A DNA stretch of 23,610 nucleotides from Vicugna vicugna (lineage: Eukaryota), in assembly GCA_013265495.1 (NCBI GenBank), contig MU058836.1, positions 930,001 to 953,610 on the forward strand, read 5' to 3'. A model generated the notes under the pieces. That model worked only from the letters and a program-made list of their open reading frames with translations, searched no databases and was not told the origin of the DNA. Every line of letters starts with the position of its first letter. Positions within the stretch are counted from its first letter, which is position 1. Positions 1-9,400 of the stretch are shown piece after piece. The translations under genes and the position numbers were made by a program.

Positions 1-88
1 TTCAGTAGGTCTGGGGCTCTGTTTTTCAGTTTGTATATTTGGTGGTAGATTTCCAGGTTATTCTAATGCTCACGCTTGGGAACCACTG
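1..88. mobile_element. MER5-family (hAT-Charlie) DNA transposon fragment, cut by the window edge
   Basis: TTCAGTAGGTCTGGGG core and terminus TTCCAGGTTATTCTAATGC...GGGAACCACTG match the recalled MER5 consensus and TIR. Confidence 0.65.
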
Positions 89-98
89 AAGGAGAACT

Positions 99-262
99 CT
101 ACTTCTCAAACTTCAACCAGCCTGTGACGCTCCTGGGGATCTTGATAACATGCAGGTTCTGCTTCAGTAGGACTTGGATGGAGACAGTGATTCTGCTTCT
201 AACCAGCTCCCCGGTGATGCTGCTACTGCTGCCAGTGGGTGAACCACACTTTGAGTACCAAG
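99..262 (-). mobile_element. MER5A1-like hAT-Charlie MITE, near full length
   Basis: CTTCTCAAACTT...CCTGGGGATCTTG...TTCAGTAGG...GGTGATGCTGCT...ACCACACTTTGAGTA is colinear with the recalled ~160-bp consensus. Confidence 0.75.
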
Positions 263-513
263 GGTCAAAGGCACCCTTACGTGGGTCCGTCATTGGACTT
301 TGGTTAGAGTCAAACCACATCCAATTCCTTTGCTTGACACTGAGGCAAACTGCTCAAGCCACTTCCCTTTGATGAACGTTAGATTTCTTAGATGTGTCGA
401 GTACTTCACAACCAAAAAAATCCCATTTCAAGTGGAAGTATGGAGAGTGAAAAGAATAAGTTCGGGGGTAGATAGACAGGTATAAACCCAGGCCCCAATA
501 TTGATCATACCTG

Positions 514-1151
514 TGTATCATTAGGGATGACGTTGGCTATAAATAATGGAATAATTGACTAACAGTGGTTTAAACCAATAGGGGTTTATTTTTCATACCT
601 ACCAAAAAGCCCTGCAGCAGCATTGGGACCACTGGGTCAGCTGCCAGTCATCAAGGACCCAGGGACACTTTTCCCTCCTGCTCAGTATCTCTAGCCTGTA
701 GCTCTTGTGGGGAAGAGAACACATCTCCTAGCCTCTTGTCAGCATTTGGAGCAGGAAGAAGGGACACTGGTGGGAATCATGTTGCTAGCCACCCCTAGCT
801 GCAAAGAATGTTGGAAAAGGATCACGAACGTTTTCAACCTCTAGTTTTTTTAAAATCATTCTTACTTTTTATTGAAGTGTATTCAATGTACAATGTTAGT
901 TTCAGGTGTACAGCAAAGCAATATAGTTATACATATTCATACATACATATATATTTTTTCAGTTTCTTTTCCATTACGGCTCATTATAAGAAATTGAATA
1001 TAGTTCCACGTTCTATACAGTAGTTGCTTTTTGTTTCTCTCTTTTATATGTAGTAACGTGTATCTTCCAACCTCTATTCTTGAGAGCAGCAAGAGAGGAA
1101 AGATTTGAGAAATGCTCTTGGGGCAGGCAGCTCAGGGTATTCTCTGCCGCA
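514..1151 (-). mobile_element. Old MLT1-type (ERVL-MaLR) solo LTR, split by an L1 insertion at ~845-1064
   Basis: TG...CA termini (TGTATCATTAGG at 514; CTCTGCCGCA at 1151) and MLT1-like motifs AACAGTGGTTTAAAC..GGGTTTATT and GCCACCCCTAGCTGCAA. The LTR resumes after the duplicated target site. Confidence 0.7.
845..1064 (-). mobile_element. 5'-truncated L1 3' end with TSD
   Basis: T-rich tail then TTTTATTGAAG...GTTAGTTTCAGGTGTACAGCAAAG...TATAGTTCC...TATACAGTAG. Flanked by TTTCAACCTCTA (832-843) and TTCCAACCTCTA (1065-1076). Confidence 0.85.
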
Positions 1152-1153
1152 TC

Positions 1154-1222
1154 ATGTGACTCTGGGCAATTTACCAAATCTTTCTGAGCCTCAGTTTCCT
1201 CATTTGTAAAACAGGAGAATTA
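1154..1222 (+). mobile_element. MIR SINE core, probably resuming after the MER5A at ~1387-1460
   Basis: TGTGACTCTGGGCAATTTACC...TCTGAGCCTCAGTTTCCTCATTTGTAAAA is the MIR core. Confidence 0.85.
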
Positions 1223-1230
1223 AGTGTTGT

Positions 1231-1386
1231 GTGTGGTTCCCGCACCAGCAGCAACAGCATCACCTGGAAACTTGAGTCCCACCCCAGACCTACTGAACCA
1301 GAAACTCTGAGGGTGGAGTCCAGCGGTTTGTATTTTGAGAGGCCCTCCAGGCATTTCTGATGCATACTCAAGTTTGAGAACCACTG
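1231..1386 (+). mobile_element. MER5A hAT-Charlie MITE with a small internal deletion
   Basis: GTGTGG..ACCAGCAGCAACAGCATCACCTGG...CCCACCCCAGACCTACTGAA...AAGTTTGAGAACCACTG. Confidence 0.9.
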
Positions 1387-1704
1387 CCTTAAAGATTTCT
1401 GGGAAGACCAAGCAAGAGGATTATTTAAGGCATTTGACACTCAGAGAATGTTCATAACTCGTAGCCTGGGAGGTCACATCTGACACTCAAGCAAGCTGCA
1501 GTGGCGCCCCTTTTGTGGAATGCTGACTTGGAACCAGAAGTTTAGAAAGCATGTAATGAAGAATTTCCAAGGTTTGTTCAGACTGGTGATATCCGTCCTC
1601 TAAGTCCCTGGGGTCCTTTTCAGACTCTGTTGCCTAAGGGCACTAAGGAAAGGCTCCCGAGCCGAAGAAGGTCAGAGAGTCAGCTTTTCCTTTAGTTTTC
1701 AGAC

Positions 1705-1946
1705 ATTACAGGTTAACTGAGATCAAATTCGCATACCGGCAAGAGTCACCCTTTGTAAGGACGCAATTCAGTAACTTTCAGTATCTTCACCGAGTTGTGC
1801 AACCACCACCTCTATCAAATTTCAGAATATTTTTATCACCCCCCAAAAGAAAGCATATCCCCACTAGCAATCACCCCCCAATCCTCTCCTCCTTGTAGCC
1901 TCTCCGGCAACCACTAATCGACTTCCTATTTCTAAGGATTTCCTTC
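1705..1946 (-). mobile_element. L1MB-like 3' end fragment
   Basis: CAATTCAGT...AGTTGTGCAACCACCACCTCTATC..ATTTCAGAATATTTTTATCACCCC..AAAAGAAA...GGCAACCACTAATC is typical of antisense L1M 3' UTRs. Confidence 0.8.
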
Positions 1947-2409
1947 ATCTATCTGTCTGTCTATCTACCTGTCGCTCATCTATTTATTTTTTTTACTGAC
2001 TTGTTTACTAGGAAGAATTCCAAGATTCATGTTGACATCATTGAAGAAAATACCAAAATTCTGAGACCGAAGTCCAACATGAGTTCATCCTGTGATGCGG
2101 CTGCCAGAGGAAACAACAATGATGATATTGTTTATTGTTGACAAATGTGATTCTGTTGTACTACTGGGAGTCAGAACACTGGGGTAACTTAACTGCGTGT
2201 CTGTGGCCTTCAGTCTCCTCTCTAAGGTTGGGGAGCTGAACTTCCTGGGATGACCCTTAAGGACCTCCGGTTCTGAGAGTCCACATTGCTGTTTTGTGCT
2301 GGTTGGAGTCAACCACAGGTTCTGCCCATAGCTCTGGGTCCTGCACTGTGGAAGTCCATTGAATTGGAAGTCAGTGATCAGGCTGGGGAGGACCTTGATG
2401 CCTTGGCAC

Positions 2410-2740
2410 AGGAAACTGGGATGTTGCTTTAGAGAAAGGATGGGGCTGGAGGTATAAGAGCCCTGCCTTGAAATTTCTATCCTGGGAAGAGGAAGCAGAT
2501 GGAATCTGTAGGGCTCAATGGGCAGAAGGATGACTAATGGAAAAAGCTGTAGATCAACACAAGGGAAGCTCTACAATAGTCAGAGATATCAAGTATGGAA
2601 TGGATGCTTTTGACAGGTAGCGAGTGCCCTGCCACTGGAACTGTGCTCTTGCAATGGTATTCAAGCATCCAGTGGGGGTTGGACTAGACGGTCTTTCAGG
2701 TTTTTGCCAAAATGTGACGGTGCAAACCTCTGAAAGTCTG
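2410..2740 (+). mobile_element. L3/CR1 LINE 3' region
   Basis: GGAAACTGGGATGTT...GGAAGAGG...GGGCAGAA...ATGGAATGGATGC...AGGTAGCGAGTGCCCTGCCACTGGAA is colinear with the recalled L3 3' consensus. Confidence 0.7.
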
Positions 2741-3289
2741 AGACCAAAGTGAAGTAAATGCATATAAAAAAATCCTTCCCTCTTTCCTGCTTCCGTGGAC
2801 GACAACCTACAGCAAAAAAGTGCAGATTTTATTTGTGTCTGCTCTCTCTCTCCTCTCGGACTGGATTTGTGTTTCGCACAGAGGGGATCTCTCCAGGGGC
2901 ATGTGAAGAACACAGTTCTCCTGTTGGCCCTCTCTCATCACGGAGGCGGCCAGCCTTTGGATTCCGAAATGGTCCCTATCTCAGTGTAACAGGAGAGAGG
3001 TGTGTAAACAGAACACTGCTGTACGGGAGCCTAGGGGCTTCATGGTGGCACATATGCAGCTGAATGGGGGCCCCCAAGGGAGCAGCCAAGATCGTCTTCC
3101 CAGCACAGAAACTTGAGCTGAGCCCTGGAAGAAACAAGGAGCCCCTCTAGAAGGCGAGGGCTGAGCCACGAGCCTGGAGCTCCTGCCAGCAACTTCCCTA
3201 CCAGTTCCCTTGGAATCCAGGCCCGACAGGAAGGTTGGCGGTGGCCAGATGTATCAGCACTGAGGCTGGCCGGACCCTTCTTCAGCACT

Positions 3290-3580
3290 GACTTTATTTC
3301 ATCTCATCGAATCTTCACAGCAACCCTCTGAAAAAGGTACTGTTCATTATTATTATTATTACTATTACTATTACTATTATTATTAGAGGGAAGTTGTTTG
3401 GTTTATTTGTTTGTTTGTTTATTAATGGAGGTACTGGGGATTGAACCCAGGACCTTGTGCATGCTAAGCACGTGCTCTACCACTGAGCCAGCCCTCCATC
3501 CTCTTATTATTATTATCATCATCATCATCACCGATTTACACAAGTGAGAACTGAGCCACCAGCTGGCTAAATCGTCTACA
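3290..3580 (-). mobile_element. MIR, interrupted by an (ATT)n-type tract and a tRNA-derived SINE
   Basis: ATCTCATCGAATCTTCACAGCAACCCTCTGA..AGGTAC on the left; weaker ATTTACACAAGTGAGAACTGAG on the right. Confidence 0.6.
3385..3500 (-). mobile_element. tRNA-Ala-derived SINE (Vic-1-like, camelid)
   Basis: The reverse complement reads GCTCAGTGGTAGAGCACGTGCTTAGCATGCACAAGGTCCTGGGTTCAATCCCCAGTACCTCCA (A box, AGC anticodon, B box) followed by an (AAAC)n tail. Confidence 0.9.
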
Positions 3581-5136
3581 TTTAGTGCTGGGCAGCAGGA
3601 GGGACCAGGCAACTTAAGAAGGCCTCCGTGGGAGGTGCCAGTTGGACTGGTCCTGAAGGATGAGTAGATGCCGGTCAGGGGTGGAGGAGACATTGCAAAC
3701 GTACCACGTGGCAGTGGGGCAGTCTGAGGAGCAGAAGATGCTGGACATTTCCGTGTGGCTGGGCACTGGCCCTGCGCAGGTGTGAGGAGTGGATGGGAGG
3801 TGGCAGCCCAAGAGGACAGGCCAGCCCTTGAAGGACGTGTGTGTCCTGCTCTAAGCAGCCTGCCTTCATCCTGTGAGACAGGCACTGAGGACTTGCTTAG
3901 GTGAGTTTGAGAAATCTCTCTCCAGGAGGCTGTTGAGAAGCAGCTTTCCCTCCGCTGTCCTGTCCCCTACTTCCTCAGGCTCTGACTTTCCCCCTTGACC
4001 TTCCCTTAACAAGCCCATGGCTGTGACTCTAGCAGCGTTCAGGAGTCATCAAGGAGGCCCAACTCACCTCGTCTGCCCCTAAGAAGCTTTCCAGGCAAGA
4101 CCTTTGAAATTTGGTCCCTAATTGCTACAAGGTGCATCTCTCTCCAGCAGGACTGCCCCGTCCTCATGGATGCAGACTTTGACTCTGACCCAGCTTTCCC
4201 CACCACATTCGATGTCAAGATGAGGCATTGTAAAGGGGAGTGGTCTTGCTTTGGGACCCAAGAAAAAGTGTGGTGATTTAGGCTTCCAAAGACTTCGTGA
4301 AAGTTGAGCTGTCAAGGAATCTACTCCTGGCACTCACTGTCTTGCCCTTTCCCCCTGGCAGGTAGCTTGTGGAGCAGAAAGAGTCAAGGCTTTGGCACCC
4401 AGGGGACTAGAATTCAGATGCTGGGTTAGCCCTGTCTAGCTGTGTGGCTCTGGATGAGAAATTAGGATAAAAATACCCGTTTGCCAAGATCATAGAAAGA
4501 TCATAAAAAGTATAGGCGGCCAGGACGTGTTTGGACACCGGGTTTTTTACTTTTTGTATTGCATTATTATTCTTAGCAGAGCCCTCTGATAGGGTATCTT
4601 GAAGAAGCATCTCTTCCTGGGCCCCCAGAGTGTGCGCGGAGTTTATGGGTCCCCCTGGCAGCTGGGTCCGCCCAGTGTCTCCTGCAGACAAATGTTTGGA
4701 CTGAACTTCACCCTCTGCACAATGAGGAACATGTTTTAAAGGCCTCACTTGTCAAAAAGGACTTATAAAACAGACTTAATGAGACTTCTGGATAGAGCAG
4801 GAGCCATAGGATTGGCTGGTCTGGTGAGTGGGGCAGTATTCGGCCTCCTGGTCTCTCCCCACACTGTGCTCCATGCCTGTCCCATCCCCGCTGGGTCATG
4901 TGCCCCCTGCCCACCCCTCCTTTGACTTCCCTGATAAAATGCTTACCTGATACTGCGCTAGGATGACTGCTAAATGCCCTGCAAATATAAACTAGGCTGT
5001 GAAGTTACACTGAAGAAAAGTCCAGAAAACCCTCCAGTTTAATGTTACAGGCAGCTTGCTCTGAATGGAGGCCAAGCAGCAGAATCCTTCTGGACCAACC
5101 TCTTCGGGAAGGAGATCATATATGATGTAGATTTTT

Positions 5137-5390
5137 GTGGGGGGGAGGGGAGGTAATTAGGTTTATTTATTTACTTACTTATTTTATTGGAGGCACTGGG
5201 GATTGAACCCAGGACCTTGTGCACGGTAAGCATGTACTCTAGAGAGGAGGGTATAACTCAGCGGTAAAGTGCATGTTTAGCATGCACAAGGTCCTGGGTT
5301 CGATCCCCAGTACCTCCATTAAAATAAATAGACAAATAAATAAAAACCTAGTTAAGCACGTACTCTACCACTGAGCTATACCCTCCCTGC
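5137..5390 (-). mobile_element. tRNA-Ala-derived SINE (outer copy), interrupted by a second copy
   Basis: Tail and B-box half at 5137-5241, A-box half at 5353-5390. Imperfect TSD ATGATGTAGATTTT (5122-5135) / ATGATGCATATTTT (5392-5405). Confidence 0.9.
5242..5352 (+). mobile_element. tRNA-Ala-derived SINE (inner copy, opposite orientation)
   Basis: GGAGGGTATAACTCAGCGGTAAAGTGCATGTTTAGCATGCACAAGGTCCTGGGTTCGATCCCCAGTACCTCCA plus A-rich tail. 15-bp TSD TAAGCAYGTACTCTA at 5227-5241 and 5353-5367. Confidence 0.9.
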
Positions 5391-5567
5391 CATGATGCAT
5401 ATTTTACAAGAATTTTTAAAAAGATTTTAAAGAATGAATAGATAAGGCATAAGACATGGCTTTATGCTGGGTGGGAGCTTTTAGACTCTTCCTGCCCCCC
5501 TGCCCTGTCCTCCTCCTGACCTTTCATTTTCTTCACAGACACAGAGCAGTTTATCCTCCTGGTACCA

Positions 5568-5775
5568 AATGAGGTGGGCAGCATATTATTCCTATTTTAT
5601 AAAAACATTAAACAAATCCTACAAGGTCACAAAGGTTAGTTGGCTGTGTGGTGGCACATCTCAGATGTACCTTTTTCTTCATCAGGGTACCATTTTACAG
5701 ATGGACACACTGAGGCTCAGGGGGTGGAGGGCCTTACTGCCCGAGGAAGTAGCTGATTTGGGACTCGGATCCACA
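5568..5775 (-). mobile_element. Degenerate MIR fragments
   Basis: CCATTTTACAGATGGACACACTGAGGCTCAG (antisense MIR core) and CAAGGTCACA. Confidence 0.65.
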
Positions 5776-6019
5776 ATGACCCCAAAGGAAACAGCCCGTC
5801 TCTTTCCAGCACCTGGGGTCAGCTCCAAAAATTCAAGTCCGTTTACCAAGCCCCGTGCCCCCTTTCATTGTTAGAAATATTTGGACTTCAAAATGAGGGA
5901 GTGTGAGGGCATGTGCGGCTTCTTTGGGACAGAGATGGTGAGGATAGATGTTTTTATGTTTGATGGGCAGCCCAAGGCTGGATTCCTAATTCCCATCTGT
6001 ATCTATTTGCTCCTTGACC

Positions 6020-6093
6020 CTTTTCCTGGTACATAGCTGCTTCTCAATAAATAGCCCCTGAATGAATGAATGGATGAATGAATGAATGAGTGA
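6020..6093 (+). mobile_element. L2 3' terminus with (TGAA)n tail
   Basis: CCTGGTACATAG...CTCAATAAATA...TGAATGAATGAATGGATGAATGAATGA. Confidence 0.7.
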
Positions 6094-6715
6094 TCGGCAT
6101 TGTGTGTTGCTCAGTGTGGACGTGTAAGTTCCTCATTTGGCCGCTGGTCCCCGGTCTCAGGGATGGGCTTCTCCCTCCCTCCGCCTGCATGGCCGGGCAC
6201 GGTGCTACCAGCATCCCCTGGTACACACTGAGCCAGCGCATACGTGGACTGCTTTTTAGGCTGCTGAATCACCCAGCTGGACTTGAGCTCTATACACATC
6301 TGGGCCCCGCTTTTAGAAACGTTCTCATCGTGGTGTGTTTATAACCATGTTCCTGTATTTTTAATCTTCCAGCCACCTGACTTCTGCAGCAAAGCCATTG
6401 TTATCTGGAATGAACTCAGTGCACTGAGGGCGTCCTGCAAGGCATATGACGTGCCTGAAGGAGAACTGGGAGCAAGGGAGGGGCTGGGGGCGTGGAAGGC
6501 ACTTCCGTGCCAGCTCCAATGGGTCCTCAGCCAGGAGGAAATGGAGACCACCACCTGCAGAGTAGTGTTTACCACTTGAGAGCTCACTAAGCCCTGAGGA
6601 CACAGGGTGCTCGACCCCCTGAAGGTGATTTGCTTGGTTAGTAAGAACTAGATTCAGTTAGAGTGATTTGAAACATCACTCTGTCTCCAAACCCTTAGCA
6701 TGGGGCATAGTGTGA

Positions 6716-7045
6716 GGGGCTCAGGGTCCTTGTTTGTTGCTGTTCTCAAGATCGCCTCCTGGTCCAAGATGCCGGCTGGAGCTCCAGCCATTACACCTGC
6801 ATTCCAGAAAGCAGGAAGGAAGAAAGGCAGAGGTTAGGACGAGCACACTTTAAGCACACTTCCCAAAAGTTGCAGAAACCTTTTCTGATTATATCCCACT
6901 AATCAGAACTTAGTCAGCTGGCCAAATATAGCAGCAAGAGAGGCTGTAATTTATTCTGGGCAGCCATGTACCCGGTAACATCAAGAAGTTCTTTTATTTA
7001 GGGAGGATGTGGAAGCTGATATTGGAGGGTATTTAGAGTCAGAAC
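6716..7045 (-). mobile_element. MLT1-type (MLT1K/L-like) LTR fragment
   Basis: CAAGATGCCGGCTGGAGCTCCAGCCATTACACCTGCATTCCAG..AGCAGGAAGGA...CAGAACTTAGTCA..TGGCCA...GCAAGAGAGGCTG. Confidence 0.75.
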
Positions 7046-7084
7046 CTCAAATGGGAGCTTCCCTTTCTCCTGTTCCACTCTTCC

Positions 7085-7240
7085 CAACCTCTGGGCCAGA
7101 GGGGTAGGTATTGTTACCATCTGAGTTTTAAGAGACCAGATGCTCAGAGAAGTGAATGGTTTACCCAGCCCACAGGGTTGGACGTTAGAGGAGCTGGAAT
7201 TTGAATTCAGACCTGTCTGGAGTATAAAACCTGAGTGGTA
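7085..7240 (-). mobile_element. MIR
   Basis: GGTAGGTATTGTTACC...GCTCAGAGAAGTGAATGGTTTACCCAG..CACAG...GAGCTGGAATTTGAATTCAGACCTGTCTG. Confidence 0.75.
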
Positions 7241-7379
7241 CCCTTGTCCTGCTTTTTGGATTGAGATAACATTTTCCAACAGGCAGGAAGGACCACTCTG
7301 CCTGTTTTTGAGCTACGTCGGTTCCCAGAGAACACAGGGAAATGGCCATTCATCTGTGTGTGCCTTCAGCCATTATTTA

Positions 7380-7568
7380 AAAAAATTCTTTTTAATTGAA
7401 GTATAGTTGATTTATAATGTGTTAGTTTCTGGTGTACAGCATAGTGACTCAGTTACACATATATATTATTTTTCATTCTAAGTTATTACATGATGTTGAT
7501 TGTAGTTCTCTGTGGTATACAGTAGGATCTTGTTGTTGATCTATTTTATAAATAGTAGTATGTATCTT
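7380..7568 (-). mobile_element. 5'-truncated L1 3' end with perfect TSD
   Basis: TTAATTGAAGTATAGTTGATTTATAATG..TTAGTTTCTGGTGTACAGCATAGTGACTCAG... is homologous to 845-1064. Direct repeat TGCCTTCAGCCATTATTTA at 7361-7379 and 7569-7587. Confidence 0.9.
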
Positions 7569-7729
7569 TGCCTTCAGCCATTATTTACTGGTGTGCCCAC
7601 TCTGCCATTCATCCTTCTCCAACTGGGAGATCTGTTAGCTTCTCTGCGCCTCTTCTCTTCCTCCTCTCCAGATGCCCCGCATTCCTGCAGGCTCCAGCAC
7701 ATGCGGAATGGCCCCGTCAGTTTTTCTTA

Positions 7730-7801
7730 AGTGAAATACATGAGCCTTGCCTTGGGAAAATCACTTTCGTGATCATGGTATCTCCCCTCCCAGGTAAGTA
7801 T
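7730..7801 (-). pseudogene. RNU1: U1 snRNA pseudogene, 3'-truncated (about nt 1-72)
   Basis: The minus strand reads ATACTTACCTGGGAGGGGAGATACCATGATCACGAAAGTGATTTTCCCAAGGCAAGGCTCATGTATTTCACT, 63/72 identical by hand to the recalled U1 5' end. It lacks the Sm site and stem-loops III/IV. Confidence 0.95.
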
Positions 7802-7830
7802 TGCAAATCAACTACACTTTAATACAAAAA
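7800..7830 (+). mobile_element. Minimal L1 3' terminus abutting the U1 fragment
   Basis: ATTGCAAATCAACTACACTTTAAT is 20/24 identical to the reverse complement of 7395-7418 (ATTATAAATCAACTATACTTCAAT) and is followed by ACAAAAA. Confidence 0.7.
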
Positions 7831-8094
7831 TGTTGTTGTTGTTGTTCAGTGAATGAATGAATGAATGACACTACATCACAGGACATTTGTTGCCCTGGGC
7901 TTTCTCCAGACTCTCGCCCATGTGTCCCCAAGAGCCAGCCCATCCTCCATGCATCAGGCACACAGAGGCTTCAGAAGCCGGCCCCCCTCCCCCCCACCCA
8001 CCCAAGATGTTCAGAATCTCACCCAGCCCAGCTGTGCCAGGTGCACTGCGAGACCCCGGGGATCCAAGAAGGGGAAAGATAGATGCTAATGTCT

Positions 8095-8290
8095 TTGAGA
8101 GCTACTGTGAAGGCAGCACTTTGCTAAGTGATCCCCGTAATGACTCCAATTCCACTTGACCCTCAAAACAACTTTTTTAGGAGGCGGCATTCCCACTTGC
8201 CAGGTGAGAAGACTGAGACTCAGAGTGGGGATGTGATTTTTCAAAGGTCACACAGCTAATCAGTCAGTGGTGGAGCTGGGAAGCTGACTC
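8095..8290 (-). mobile_element. MIR
   Basis: TTGAGAGCTACTGTG..GGCAGCACTTTGCTAAG...CCTCAAAACAAC...GACTGAGACTCAGAG...AAGGTCACACAGCTAAT. Confidence 0.8.
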
Positions 8291-8472
8291 CAGCTTTCAT
8301 CTGGGCATCATTTGTGTTATTTATTTGTTCACTTTTTAATTCCTAATGGACTTAAGTCAGTCATTGAAATCGGTGCTGAGCATTGTCTCTGGCAGCAAAG
8401 ATCTAGGAGCTGGATAAATGAGTTAGCAAACCTATTACCAAGCTCCCCTTCTTTAGCCCCCTCCTCCCCACC

Positions 8473-8556
8473 TTTTTAAATGGAGGTGCTAGGGACTGAA
8501 CCCAGGACCTTGTGCATGCTAAGCATATCCTCTACCACTGAGCCATGTCCTCCCCC
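8473..8556 (-). mobile_element. tRNA-Ala-derived SINE with short tail
   Basis: TGGAGGTGCTAGGGACTGAACCCAGGACCTTGTGCATGCTAAGCA...TCTACCACTGAGC is the same family as 3385, 5137 and 10141. Confidence 0.88.
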
Positions 8557-9089
8557 ACCACCAAGCCACCTCTCGTTTTGTCAAACCTTCCCCACCAGCC
8601 AAGGGCGATGTGAAGGGGAGGCAGCCGACCTGGGGTGGGGGTGGGGGCTGGGGAGTTGGGTCTGTGAGGACGCACTGCGAGTCAGCCTGGCTGGGAAGGG
8701 AGGGGTGAGGCTGGACGTCAGGAGTCTACAGCTCTCGGGGGTCAGGAACCTCCCAGCACACTTCAGCACGCACGTCAGGGGCAGCCGTCAAGTCTCGGGG
8801 CTGCCCTGCGTTGTTGCAAAATGCTTTTCCGTCACGCATTTATTTCCTCTGACTCCATCAGACCCAGAAGGGCGGCTCAGAGTGAGAACTCACATTACCG
8901 CACAGGGAGAGGAGGTCCTGCCAATTTAAAGGGAGGATCTGGGTGCCGAAAGCCAGCACATGCCAGATGGGGGTTCGGGTCTCCTCCAGGCCCTGCTTAG
9001 CTCATGTGTCCACATATGTTCAGGGAGTCCTTCAGACCAGACCCTCTTCTAGCCGTGTGCCCCCCCTCGCCTGCGGGGCTCCGGTGCGT

Positions 9090-9350
9090 TGGCTCTTGGT
9101 GTTCCTGGAATCTGCTCAGGCCCTAGGCTTTTGCCCCGCTCATCCTCCTGCCCGAAAGGTTCTTCTCCCCTTCGTCTGTGTGCTGGCTCTTTGTCACTCA
9201 GATCTCAGCCTAATGGCCTTTATTCAAAGGCCTTCCCTGGGTACTCAGTATGGGAGACACCTCGGCCCCCTACCATAGCATGTGCCTTTTTAATGTTTTG
9301 TTTGTTTTTTAATTAGACACCTTCCACTCCCACCCCATTATAATCTTAAG
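9090..9350 (+). mobile_element. L2 3'-region fragment
   Basis: TGTTCCTGGAA...AGGCTTTTGC...TCACTCAGATCTCAGCCTAATG...AGGCCTTCCCTG. Confidence 0.55.
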
Positions 9351-9400
9351 ACAGCAACGACCTCTCATGAAGGCAGGATGCTTAGAAGAGTGGCGCAGAG

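Noticed and set aside
1500..1520. CTCF-like motif GGCGCCCCTTTTGTGG (also CCACCAGTGGCCGC near 20061)
   Set aside because: Spacing or core positions deviate from the CTCF consensus; not supportable without ChIP data.
3403..3885. 160-aa ORF (and the 149-aa ORF at 8480-8929)
   Set aside because: They run through SINE and simple-repeat sequence; the peptides are repeat translations.
7730..7801. Functional U1 or variant U1 snRNA gene
   Set aside because: Less than half of U1 is present, there is no Sm site, and the upstream sequence is L1/L2 tail rather than a recognisable snRNA promoter.
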